Shown here one piece after another: positions 46,478-56,254 of a stretch of 64,000 nucleotides of DNA; position 1 is the first letter of the stretch; each line of letters begins with the position of its first letter. The DNA is from a virus. The position numbers and the translations under genes were made by a program. The notes below the pieces were generated by a model that was not told where the DNA came from, made no database searches, and saw nothing but the letters and a program-made list of their open reading frames with translations. The stretch lies in the IMG/VR virus record IMGVR_UViG_3300034105_002260. One strand, written 5' to 3'.

Positions 46478-48910
46478 ATGAAAGTAAAAAAAAGAGATGG
46501 TTCCCTAGAGGAAATGAGATATGATAAAATAACACGTAGAATAAGTGTTTTTTGTAGTGATTTAAATTTAGAATACATTGATCCAACATTTGTTACATTA
46601 AAAGTAACACAAGGTATATATGATGGAATAACAACAACTGAGTTAGATGTATTAGCGGCGGAAACAGCTGCGGCAATGGTTACCACTCATCCTGATTATG
46701 CTAAATTATCGGGTCGATTGGCGGTATCTAATTTACATAAGACAACACATAAAAAGTTTTCTCAATGTATTAAAGAATTATATTCTTTTGTTGAACCAAA
46801 AACAGGTAAAGAATCTTCATTAATTGATGAAGGTGTTTACAAATTTGTAATTGAAAATAGAGAGTCTTTAGATGGTGCAATTCATCAAGAAAGAGATTTT
46901 GAATTTGATTACTTTGGATATAAAACATTAGAACGTTCTTATCTTTTAAAGATTGGAGATAGAGTAGTTGAAAGGCCACAGTATCTTTATATGAGAGTTG
47001 CCGTTGGTATTTGTAAAGGTAATTTAGATATGGCGTTAAGAATTTATGACGACTTATCACAACATTTTTATACTCACGCAACTCCAACATTATTTAATGC
47101 AGGTACACGTAGAGCACAAATGTCCTCTTGTTTCTTAATTGGTAATAAGGGTGACGATATTGATGGTCTATTTGATACGATTAAAGATGTTGCCAAAATT
47201 TCTAAATGGGCGGGAGGTATTGGACTTCACGTTCACGATGTTCGAGCTAAAGGTTCTTATATAAAAGGTACAGGTGGACAGTCGGATGGTTTATTACCTA
47301 TGATGAAAACATATAACGAAGTTGCTCGTTGGATTAACCAAGGAGGAAAACGTAAGGGATCTTTTGCGGTTTATCTTGAACCTTGGCATTCGGATATTTT
47401 TGAATTTATTGATTTAAGAAAGAATCACGGTAAAGAAGAAATGAGAGCAAGAGATTTATTCTTGGCAATGTGGACTCCAGGTTTATTTATGGAGAGAGTT
47501 GAACAAGATGGTGATTGGTCTTTATTTTCACCTGATGAAGCACCTGGATTATCAGATGTATACGATTCACCAGAAGATAAGAAATTTACTCGTTTGTATG
47601 AACAGTACGAAAAAGAAGGCAAGGCAAGAAAAGTAATCAAGGCGAGAAAGTTAATGGATGCAATCCTTACTGCTCAAATTGAAACGGGAACACCATATAT
47701 GTTATATAAGGACCCAGCTAACTACAAATCAAACCAAAAGAATTTAGGTACAATCAAATCTTCAAACTTATGTACTGAAATTATTGAATATAGTTCACCA
47801 ACAGAGCAAGCAGTTTGTAATTTAGCGTCAATAGCTTTACCAAAGTATATTATTAATGGTGAATTTAATCACGATTTATTATACGAGTACACATATCAAG
47901 TTGTTAAGAATTTAAATAATGTAATTGATTTAAACTATTATCCAACTCAAGAAACCAAACTTTCAAATTTTAAACATCGTCCAGTTGGGCTTGGTGTTCA
48001 AGGATTGGCAGATGTGTTCTGTATGTTGGGTTTACCGTTCGAAAGTGAAGATGCGGATAAATTACAAACAGATATTTTTGAAACAATATATTTTGCGGCA
48101 ATGACATCTTCTAAAGATTTATCTAAAGAGTTTGGACCATATGAATCAATAGCAGGATCACCAATTGAAAAAGGTGTTTTCCAATTTGAAATGTGGGGTA
48201 AAAAAGATAAAGATTTATCAGGTCGTTGGGATTGGAAATCTCTAAGAAAAGAAGTGGTAAACTATGGTGTTAGAAATTCATTATTAGTCGCACCAATGCC
48301 AACAGCATCAACTGCACAAATTTTAGGAAACAATGAAGCGTTCGAACCATTCACAACCAACTTATATTCTCGTAGAACATTAAGTGGAGAGTTCATTATG
48401 ATTAATAAACATCTAGTTAATGATTTATTAAAAATAGGATTGTGGAGTGATACCATTAAGAATAAGTTAATTATGGAGAATGGGTCAGTTCAAAACATTC
48501 CTGAAATTCCTACTGAAATGAAAGAGGTTTATAAAACAGTTTGGGAAATGTCTCAAAAACGTGTTTTACAAATGGCAGCAAATAGAAGTATATTTATTGA
48601 CCAATCACAATCTTTAAACCTATTTGTTGATAATGCAACTAAACCTAAATTATTGGCGGCTCATTTATTTGGTTGGAAATTAGGGTTAAAAACGGGTATG
48701 TACTATTTGAGAACAAGGGCGGCGGTAGACGCAATTAAAGGTTTAGGAGTTGATACGTCAGTGTCGAAACCAATTGAACAAACGTCATCTATAAACAATG
48801 TGGAAGTACCAACTAATAATACATTAATTAGTGAAAGAACACCTGAAGTCGTAATGACATCAGATAAACCAATAGACTCTCCGTTTGACTGTGAGGGTTG
48901 TGGTTCGTAA
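46478..48910 (+). CDS. nrdA: Ribonucleotide reductase class Ia alpha subunit with ATP cone
   Basis: VKKRDG ATP cone, SSCFL, SNLCTEI, VCNLAS, PTAST, KTGMYY, C-terminal CEGC. Confidence 0.97.
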   Translation: MKVKKRDGSLEEMRYDKITRRISVFCSDLNLEYIDPTFVTLKVTQGIYDGITTTELDVLAAETAAAMVTTHPDYAKLSGRLAVSNLHKTTHKKFSQCIKELYSFVEPKTGKESSLIDEGVYKFVIENRESLDGAIHQERDFEFDYFGYKTLERSYLLKIGDRVVERPQYLYMRVAVGICKGNLDMALRIYDDLSQHFYTHATPTLFNAGTRRAQMSSCFLIGNKGDDIDGLFDTIKDVAKISKWAGGIGLHVHDVRAKGSYIKGTGGQSDGLLPMMKTYNEVARWINQGGKRKGSFAVYLEPWHSDIFEFIDLRKNHGKEEMRARDLFLAMWTPGLFMERVEQDGDWSLFSPDEAPGLSDVYDSPEDKKFTRLYEQYEKEGKARKVIKARKLMDAILTAQIETGTPYMLYKDPANYKSNQKNLGTIKSSNLCTEIIEYSSPTEQAVCNLASIALPKYIINGEFNHDLLYEYTYQVVKNLNNVIDLNYYPTQETKLSNFKHRPVGLGVQGLADVFCMLGLPFESEDADKLQTDIFETIYFAAMTSSKDLSKEFGPYESIAGSPIEKGVFQFEMWGKKDKDLSGRWDWKSLRKEVVNYGVRNSLLVAPMPTASTAQILGNNEAFEPFTTNLYSRRTLSGEFIMINKHLVNDLLKIGLWSDTIKNKLIMENGSVQNIPEIPTEMKEVYKTVWEMSQKRVLQMAANRSIFIDQSQSLNLFVDNATKPKLLAAHLFGWKLGLKTGMYYLRTRAAVDAIKGLGVDTSVSKPIEQTSSINNVEVPTNNTLISERTPEVVMTSDKPIDSPFDCEGCGS

Positions 48911-48929
48911 AATTATAGGAAACTACATT

Positions 48930-48954
48930 AAATCCAGCTTCGGCTGGATTTTTT
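48930..48954 (+). terminator. Intrinsic terminator with cUUCGg tetraloop
   Basis: aaatccagc-ttcg-gctggattt followed by a T-run. Confidence 0.85.
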
Positions 48955-48992
48955 ATTTATTACCATTTTAGATTAGTTTATATTTATTTGAT

Positions 48993-49445
48993 ATGGCAGC
49001 AACTTACGGTATAGATTTTCCATTTAGGAATAGTTTAAAAGGTGACTTCTTAAGGATGACAGAATCACCTGAAAGAGAAGTTCGTGCGAATTTGATTCAT
49101 TTATTATTAACAAGAAAGGGTAGTAGATATTATTTACCCGATTTTGGAACTAGATTGTACGAATACATCTTTGACCAAAATGACGTTGTTACCTTTGGTT
49201 TAATTGAAGACGAAATAAGAGAAAGCGTTAAAAAATACATTCCAAATTTAGATATTAACTCAATCAATATCGTATCAGCAGAAAATGACCCTGAAGAGAC
49301 TAAATTATATTCACAACAAGAGGATGAAAGGTTATTTAGGGTATCAGACGCTACAAGTAAACCATACACCGCAAAAGTAAAAATAGACTACACGGTTAAT
49401 AACGGATCATTTACGTCATCCGACTTTGTAATTATAAACATATAA
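48993..49445 (+). CDS. Baseplate wedge gp25-like protein
   Basis: GIDFPF, NLIHLLLTRKGSRYYLPDFGT. Confidence 0.92.
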   Translation: MAATYGIDFPFRNSLKGDFLRMTESPEREVRANLIHLLLTRKGSRYYLPDFGTRLYEYIFDQNDVVTFGLIEDEIRESVKKYIPNLDINSINIVSAENDPEETKLYSQQEDERLFRVSDATSKPYTAKVKIDYTVNNGSFTSSDFVIINI

Positions 49446-49446
49446 A

Positions 49447-51279
49447 ATGGCTAAAAAAATATCATACGCAACTAGAGATTTTGCGGGATTAAGACAAGAG
49501 TTAGTAAATCTAACAAATGATTACTATCCAGATTTAATAAAAAATACTAATGACGCATCTATATTTTCTGTGTTATTAGACTTGAACGCGGCTGTGGCGG
49601 ATAATCTACACTTCCATATTGATAGAGTATGGCAAGAAACAATGTTAGATTTCGCTCAACAGAGACAATCTCTTTTTCATATTGCCAAAACATATGGTTT
49701 AAGAATACCTGGAAACAGACCCTCAGTTGCCTTATGTGACTTTTCAATAAATGTACCAGTGGCGGGTGATAAGGAGAAAACTGAATACTTGGGTCTATTA
49801 AAGGCGGGAGCTCAGATATCAGGAGGAGGTCAGATTTTTGAAACATTAGAAGATATTGATTTCTCTAATCCATTTAACAATAAAGGTGAACCAAATCGTT
49901 TAAAGATACCTAATTTCGACGGTAACAATAAATTAGTGTCATATACCATTACTAAGAGAGAAGCGGTCGTAAACGGAGTCTCAAGGATATATAGAAGAGT
50001 TGTAACTGAATTAGATCAGAAACCTTTCTTGAAACTTTATTTACCTGAACAAAACGTATTAGGTATTGTGTCGGTTATACATAAAGAAGGTACATCGTTC
50101 GGGTCAAATCCAACATCATCAGAATTTACATCATCAACTAATAAATGGTATGAAGTTAAATCTTTAATGGAAGATAAAGTATTCATTAAAGACTCAACAA
50201 AAATATCAGATAAAGATAATTTCATACCAGGAACATACCTTTCAGTTAGTAATAAATTTATGACTGAATATACCCCAGAAGGATATTATTCGATGACATT
50301 TGGTTCTGGAACTGTGGACCCAATGGCTAATTTAGATAATTTCATAACGGGTAATTTAAAAGTTAGTTTAGGTTCTTATTTGAATAACGTATCGTTAGGT
50401 GCGGTACCTAAGTCAAACAGTACAATGTTTGTAAAATATAGAATTGGTGGAGGTAAAAACTCAAATCTAGGGGTTAATGTTATTAATAGTATTGACAACA
50501 TTGAGTTTAATGTAAATGGTCCAGTTTCAACTGTAAATTCACAAGTTATTCAATCGTTAAGAGTATCAAATGTAACTCCGGCAATAGGTGGGGCAGATCA
50601 ACCAACAATTGATGAAATTAGAAATATGATTTCTTACAATTTTGCGGCACAAAATAGAGCAGTAACGTTAAATGATTACAAATCGGTAATTGAAAATATG
50701 CCACCCACATTTGGCGCTGCGGCTAAGGTTAATGTGATGGAGGAAGATAATAAGGTGAAGATTAAATTATTGTCTTACGATTCCGACGGAAACCTAACTG
50801 ACGTAGTTTCTAACACTTTAAAAGATAATGTAACCGAATATATTTCACAATATAGAATGATTAATGACTTTGTTGAGATTCAAAGTGGTGAGGTTATTGA
50901 CCTTGGATTGGAGATTGATGTTGTAATTGATAGAAACGAATTAGAGTCAGATGTCATTAAATCAATAATTGAAAAAACAATTTCATATTTTGCAATTGAA
51001 AAAAGAAAAATGGGAGACCCATTGTTTACGGGTGAATTGTTAAAAGAAATTGGATCAACAAGTGGAGTAGTTAATGCGGTTGATGTTAGAGTTTTTAATA
51101 AAACAGGTGGTGAATATTCACAAGCTGAGGTGTCACAATCATACAAAACACCAGAAACAAAAGAGATTCTACAAGCGGATATGACCGTTTATATGAAGTC
51201 AAATCAGATATTCCAAATTAGATTTCCAAATAAAGATATTAAAGTTAGGGTTAAACCTCTCACTTCGACTACATTTTAA
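49447..51279 (+). CDS. Baseplate wedge gp6/J-like protein
   Basis: RDFAGLRQEL, GGADQPTIDEIR, AQNRAVTLNDY. Confidence 0.92.
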   Translation: MAKKISYATRDFAGLRQELVNLTNDYYPDLIKNTNDASIFSVLLDLNAAVADNLHFHIDRVWQETMLDFAQQRQSLFHIAKTYGLRIPGNRPSVALCDFSINVPVAGDKEKTEYLGLLKAGAQISGGGQIFETLEDIDFSNPFNNKGEPNRLKIPNFDGNNKLVSYTITKREAVVNGVSRIYRRVVTELDQKPFLKLYLPEQNVLGIVSVIHKEGTSFGSNPTSSEFTSSTNKWYEVKSLMEDKVFIKDSTKISDKDNFIPGTYLSVSNKFMTEYTPEGYYSMTFGSGTVDPMANLDNFITGNLKVSLGSYLNNVSLGAVPKSNSTMFVKYRIGGGKNSNLGVNVINSIDNIEFNVNGPVSTVNSQVIQSLRVSNVTPAIGGADQPTIDEIRNMISYNFAAQNRAVTLNDYKSVIENMPPTFGAAAKVNVMEEDNKVKIKLLSYDSDGNLTDVVSNTLKDNVTEYISQYRMINDFVEIQSGEVIDLGLEIDVVIDRNELESDVIKSIIEKTISYFAIEKRKMGDPLFTGELLKEIGSTSGVVNAVDVRVFNKTGGEYSQAEVSQSYKTPETKEILQADMTVYMKSNQIFQIRFPNKDIKVRVKPLTSTTF

Positions 51280-51333
51280 TTTAATTTTTTCTTATTATAA
51301 TAGAAAGTAGTCTGCTTTCTATTTATTATAAGA

Positions 51334-54300
51334 ATGATACAAAAACATAGAATTTCAACGAATATTGGTCAAGACCAAATTGTAAAAGTCGAACTTAAAC
51401 AAGATTTCGATTTATTAGAGATTTTGTCTTTAAAATTTACACAAAAAGAGATATACACATCTCTTTGTGCTGATTATGGTGTGGTTTGTGGTAGAGTTAG
51501 TGTAAATAACGGTTTTGGTGTACCAAACGCAAGAGTTTCCATTTTTATCCCCTTATCCTCAGAAGACGAATCGGACCCCGTAATTTCCGCTTTATATCCA
51601 TATAAAGAGATTGGTGACCAGAACGATGATGGATATCGTTACAATCTATTACCATCAAGAAAACAACATTCAGGACATTCCCCAACAGGAACATTCCCCG
51701 ACCAACGAGATATTCTTACTAGAGAAGAAGTTTTAGAGGTGTATGAGAAATATTACAAATACACAGTTAAAACAAACGACGCAGGTGATTTTATGATTTG
51801 GGGAGTTGGTTTAGGTGAACAAAGAATTCACGTAGATGTTGACTTATCCGATATGGGATGTCAATCATTGTCACCATACGATTTAATGTACGAAGGAATT
51901 TCCGCGGAAAAATTTCAAAACGCATATACATATATGTCTTCTAACAATTTGGAGAGTCTTCCTCAAGTTGTTTCTTTTGATAAAACAATTGAAGTTTATC
52001 CATTTTGGGGTAATGAAGACTTATGTCAAATTGGTTTAACAAGAACAGATTTCGATTTAAAAGATAAAGGAATTAGAATTGAACCATACGCGGTGGTGAT
52101 GGGAGGTACATTTACCGATTCAGGTAAAGACGCACTAAGAGTTCAATGTAATGTTGATAATCAACAAGGTGAGAAATGTCGTCTAACGACAATGAAAGGA
52201 GACATCGAAGCAATTAGATTTACGGGAGAATTTGAAAAAGACACCAATGATAACCCAGATTTCAATAGACCAATTTTAGAAAAATTAGAAATTGACCAAA
52301 CTATTGATGAATTTGGTAGATTCTTTTTTAGGGTGCCGATGAACACTTACTACATAACAACAAATGAATTTGGTGAAGTTGTGGAATCTAAAAATAAAAA
52401 CGTAGGTATCCCAACAGAATCGACTTATCGTTTTAGACTTTCATTAAATGAAGATACGGGAGGAAGAAATAGATTTACAGGTAAAATATTAGTACCAAAT
52501 ATTAGAGAATATCACATTAGTGACACGGCGTATAATGGATTATATAGTACTATCGACCCAAAATCATATTCATTTAGTACATCTATTAATGATTACCCAT
52601 CTGCGGCGATTAATGAAATATTAGGAAAAAGTACCGACGCAATTGCTGATGGTAAAAGAGGAGTACCACAAGATTATTTTTATAAATTTAGATATGGTAG
52701 AACATATACTGTTGGACAATTTATTAACAAATATTATAATGACGGAGCTTTAGGTAAATTATTTAGTTTCTTTAAAAGAGATAGAAGAGAATCGTTCCTC
52801 GGCATCAAAGAAATTTGGCCATCTGAAAGTAGTGATTGCTCAAGTACTATTAATTATTTCCCAATAAACGATGCTGTTAGAAATCATAGATTTAATTTCT
52901 TTGTTTTAACAATTTTAAGTTACGTTGATTTTATTGGATTAAGAATTCAATTATTTTTTAAAGAATTAAACTGTTTAATACAATTTGGAGCCGCTGGTGT
53001 ATTTGGTATTTTTAATAATTCAGCTGCCGCTAAACAATTTGCAAGAGCGAAAGAAACACAATTCAAAAGTATTTTTAAAGTTAATTTAATTATATACCCA
53101 GATTGTTATGATTGTGAAGAAGATAATACAAATGGTGAAGTTGTAATTAACGCGGACCCAGTCAATATTGCGGCAGTAACTGGAGGTACCGCTGGTGTTA
53201 ATTACATTTCCGCAACAAGTTCACCATTTAGTGTTTCAGAAAGATGGTCAGCAACAAGAACCAATTGTGACAAATATGATTTAGTTAATACAAGTGCCAC
53301 ATCACAAGTAGTAACATATACTGATTGTGATGGGGCTACAGGTCAAACGGCAACACTTGCTGCGGGATCTTCATTATCTTTATGTGTTAAAAACGGAACC
53401 ACCCCAACAATACCAGTTTCAGTAACTTCAACATTCACATCGTTAGGATGTTCAGGTGCTGCTGGGTATCAACCAAATGACTCACTATATTTCTACCTAA
53501 CAGTAAACGGGCAACCAGGATATGAAATTACGAATGTCCCAACATATAACTCATCACCAAAAGATGGTGATTATCTCTATCAACGATATGTGATGGAAAT
53601 TGACGTATTAGGTGGTGCGAGTGAATACATAGCAATTGGAGTTGGTCAATCATATACAATTATGTATGATGGTTCAACTAGTAGGTGGAAAATTAAAGAT
53701 GCGTACAAATCTATTGCCGATACGATAGCTGCGGCGTACAACCTACCATATGATCAACCAGTAAGTGGAACTGCACATCCTGAACAAGGTAGAGTTGTGA
53801 TTAAAAAATTATGGTATGTTGATAACGTACCTATTAGTGCAACAACCATAAATGAAAATGAAGAAGGTTGTGCAAAATATGATTACATAATTGAAGATAA
53901 ATTAGGTAGATGGGGTACTAGTATGAGTCTCCAAGGTTTAAAATTACCATTAACTGGTGCAACCGCAACATATGAAACATATGCTGAAGCTTATAATGCT
54001 ATGAATGGTATAAGAGCACCAAGAAATTCATTTTACGGTACTCCACCATTTTATGATCAATTAGATTTAAACTATAACACTACAATTATCGCCGCTAATG
54101 TACCAGATTGTGAAACGCCACCAAATTATAATATTGGTGCGGTTGCTTCGGTGTACGCTAAATGGCCAACTAGTGATAGTAGAAATTTTAGAAATGGAGA
54201 TTCAAGATGCGTTTATCGTGGAGAATATGCGGGACAAGTTAAAAAGAAAGGACCATATTTTGTTGATGAGTTTTTAACGAGAGACGGAACATTAAGTGGT

Positions 54301-55563
54301 TGGTCTGAATTTAGAGATGGTGTTTATACCATTGTACCGTTAGCAGGAAGAACTGGAGAACTATTGTCTTCATATAGAAGAAGAAAATTATTTGGCAAGT
54401 TAATGTGTGGTGGAGTAATATCATACACATTCGCCAACTCTTGGTTAAATGGAGCACTTTACTTTTTTCAATTTATGAGAAGGGGTGCGAATAGATTCTG
54501 TAAAGATTGTTTATTTAAGAAAACAGATTTAGACGGAAGTATTCATTATTATTATAGATCAACACCGTATAACTCTTCTTTTAGTGGATACGAGTCACAA
54601 TATAATGGTTCACAATTAGATGATGAGGGTAGGACATATAACGCAGTTTATAGTGGTAAAACAAAAGGATTTTACGGTAGTGTAAGAGTGGGTAATAGTA
54701 GAAGAGAAATTAATTTCCCAACTACAATTATTGATTTAGGACCAAGAACAACTTGGATAGATGAAGTTTGTGTTGACCCCGCTTTAGATGTTAATTGTTC
54801 AATAACAAGAAGTATTGGATCAACATCATATAAAGGTATTGACGACTTAATGGAGTATGTTATTCAATCAAAAGAATTAAAAGAAAGAGGTCGTTTAGAT
54901 ATTCAAGATTTGTTTGATAGTCGTGGAGATGGATTAATTGATGGAGACATTGCTCAATTATTAAACTTTAACACGCAAACAGGAATATATCCATTTGAAT
55001 ATGAAGAATTAGATTCACCATATAGTTCACTTTATGCCACTTATTTTGATGGTAAAGGTCCAGTGGGTATTGATTTTGTTTATAGTGAAGATGATCCCGA
55101 TACCGCCGTGGTTGAAGCAAATGGTTTATTAATTAGAAAATGTATTAATGAAAAAGGAAGATTGGGGGATTACTCTCAGAAAGTTCCTTATTATATGTGG
55201 GACACAAAAGGACACGGATTTGGTGAAAACGCAAATGGTGGAGAATCTCAAAATTATTACGTTGCTAAAATATATAACCAAAGAATACAAGAAATAAAAT
55301 CAAATTTAAATTTAGATTCAACACTTGCAACTTTAGATGATTTTTATCTTTCACCAGAGGCTTCTTACGTGTTACCTCCAATACGTGATTGCGTTGAGGT
55401 GTCAGGAGTAAAGTCAAAAAGTAACGATAACTATAAAGAATATACCGTAGGTGGAGTAACAAGACATTTAATGGAAATTGGGTCACCATTTCACTTTATG
55501 TTTGGATTAAAAAAAGGAAACACCGCTTGGGATAAATTTATTGAAAGCTTTGGACCAAAATAA
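51334..55563 (+). CDS. Large virion/baseplate protein with N-terminal carboxypeptidase-regulatory-like domain and Cys-rich modules
   Basis: GVVCGRVS...VPNARVSI, KTNDAGDFMI; late motif at 51320-51327. Confidence 0.6.
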   Translation: MIQKHRISTNIGQDQIVKVELKQDFDLLEILSLKFTQKEIYTSLCADYGVVCGRVSVNNGFGVPNARVSIFIPLSSEDESDPVISALYPYKEIGDQNDDGYRYNLLPSRKQHSGHSPTGTFPDQRDILTREEVLEVYEKYYKYTVKTNDAGDFMIWGVGLGEQRIHVDVDLSDMGCQSLSPYDLMYEGISAEKFQNAYTYMSSNNLESLPQVVSFDKTIEVYPFWGNEDLCQIGLTRTDFDLKDKGIRIEPYAVVMGGTFTDSGKDALRVQCNVDNQQGEKCRLTTMKGDIEAIRFTGEFEKDTNDNPDFNRPILEKLEIDQTIDEFGRFFFRVPMNTYYITTNEFGEVVESKNKNVGIPTESTYRFRLSLNEDTGGRNRFTGKILVPNIREYHISDTAYNGLYSTIDPKSYSFSTSINDYPSAAINEILGKSTDAIADGKRGVPQDYFYKFRYGRTYTVGQFINKYYNDGALGKLFSFFKRDRRESFLGIKEIWPSESSDCSSTINYFPINDAVRNHRFNFFVLTILSYVDFIGLRIQLFFKELNCLIQFGAAGVFGIFNNSAAAKQFARAKETQFKSIFKVNLIIYPDCYDCEEDNTNGEVVINADPVNIAAVTGGTAGVNYISATSSPFSVSERWSATRTNCDKYDLVNTSATSQVVTYTDCDGATGQTATLAAGSSLSLCVKNGTTPTIPVSVTSTFTSLGCSGAAGYQPNDSLYFYLTVNGQPGYEITNVPTYNSSPKDGDYLYQRYVMEIDVLGGASEYIAIGVGQSYTIMYDGSTSRWKIKDAYKSIADTIAAAYNLPYDQPVSGTAHPEQGRVVIKKLWYVDNVPISATTINENEEGCAKYDYIIEDKLGRWGTSMSLQGLKLPLTGATATYETYAEAYNAMNGIRAPRNSFYGTPPFYDQLDLNYNTTIIAANVPDCETPPNYNIGAVASVYAKWPTSDSRNFRNGDSRCVYRGEYAGQVKKKGPYFVDEFLTRDGTLSGWSEFRDGVYTIVPLAGRTGELLSSYRRRKLFGKLMCGGVISYTFANSWLNGALYFFQFMRRGANRFCKDCLFKKTDLDGSIHYYYRSTPYNSSFSGYESQYNGSQLDDEGRTYNAVYSGKTKGFYGSVRVGNSRREINFPTTIIDLGPRTTWIDEVCVDPALDVNCSITRSIGSTSYKGIDDLMEYVIQSKELKERGRLDIQDLFDSRGDGLIDGDIAQLLNFNTQTGIYPFEYEELDSPYSSLYATYFDGKGPVGIDFVYSEDDPDTAVVEANGLLIRKCINEKGRLGDYSQKVPYYMWDTKGHGFGENANGGESQNYYVAKIYNQRIQEIKSNLNLDSTLATLDDFYLSPEASYVLPPIRDCVEVSGVKSKSNDNYKEYTVGGVTRHLMEIGSPFHFMFGLKKGNTAWDKFIESFGPK

Positions 55564-55564
55564 T

Positions 55565-56254
55565 ATGTGGAAAGATTTATTTAAAAAAAGAAAACCGAAT
55601 CATTTAATTATATATGTTTTATATAATAAGGAAGAGTCATTGTTATATAAAATACTATCTAAATTAACATATAGCGTTGGACCATTCAATACTATCGAAG
55701 AATGTATTGAAGGTGTTAAATCGTTTATAAAAAAACATCCTGAAAAATTAAAACAAATGAACATTACAAGTTTTGGTTCAGGAAAAAATTTGGTACAAAC
55801 AAATAGTAATAAAGAAAAGATATATGAATTGGTCGATACTTTAAAACCATTAATGTCAGATGAAACTAAAATAATGTTTACAACTTGTTTTAGTGGGGTT
55901 TCACATAGAAAAGTGGTTGAGATGTCAGAATACTTAGATGGTATTGAAATTGCGGCAATGAATAAATCATATTCACTAAATGGTGATATGACAATTTGTA
56001 AATGTAAAGAAAAGGGATATAGTAAAAGTGTGGTTGAATCACTACCACAAAGTAGAGATGGTATTAGATATGATGAAAATCAAATTGTCAACATTGTAAG
56101 AAGAAATGTTGGGGAATTGGTTGATTGGAAAACATCGGGTATGGCATATGAATACAATAAAGTTGTAAGGGAAAATAATATCTGTAGAGTTGATAAACAA
56201 CCATACACATTATTAAAAAGTATAAGAAACTATATTTTTAATATTCAAAGTTAA
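55565..56254 (+). CDS. Hypothetical protein, weak DUF4347/caspase-fold resemblance
   Basis: MNITSFGSG...IMFTTCFSG; start taken at MWKDLF. Confidence 0.5.
   Translation: MWKDLFKKRKPNHLIIYVLYNKEESLLYKILSKLTYSVGPFNTIEECIEGVKSFIKKHPEKLKQMNITSFGSGKNLVQTNSNKEKIYELVDTLKPLMSDETKIMFTTCFSGVSHRKVVEMSEYLDGIEIAAMNKSYSLNGDMTICKCKEKGYSKSVVESLPQSRDGIRYDENQIVNIVRRNVGELVDWKTSGMAYEYNKVVRENNICRVDKQPYTLLKSIRNYIFNIQS

Noticed and set aside
12942-48910. Inteins or introns in polB, recA, helicase, nrdA or nrdB
   Set aside because: Lengths are ordinary and no splice motifs or interrupted frames are visible
45488-48910. Eukaryotic virus origin suggested by eukaryote-like RNR, PolB and SNF2
   Set aside because: Contractile tail genes, a sigma factor and bacterial promoters are present; this RNR subtype also occurs in Bacteroidota
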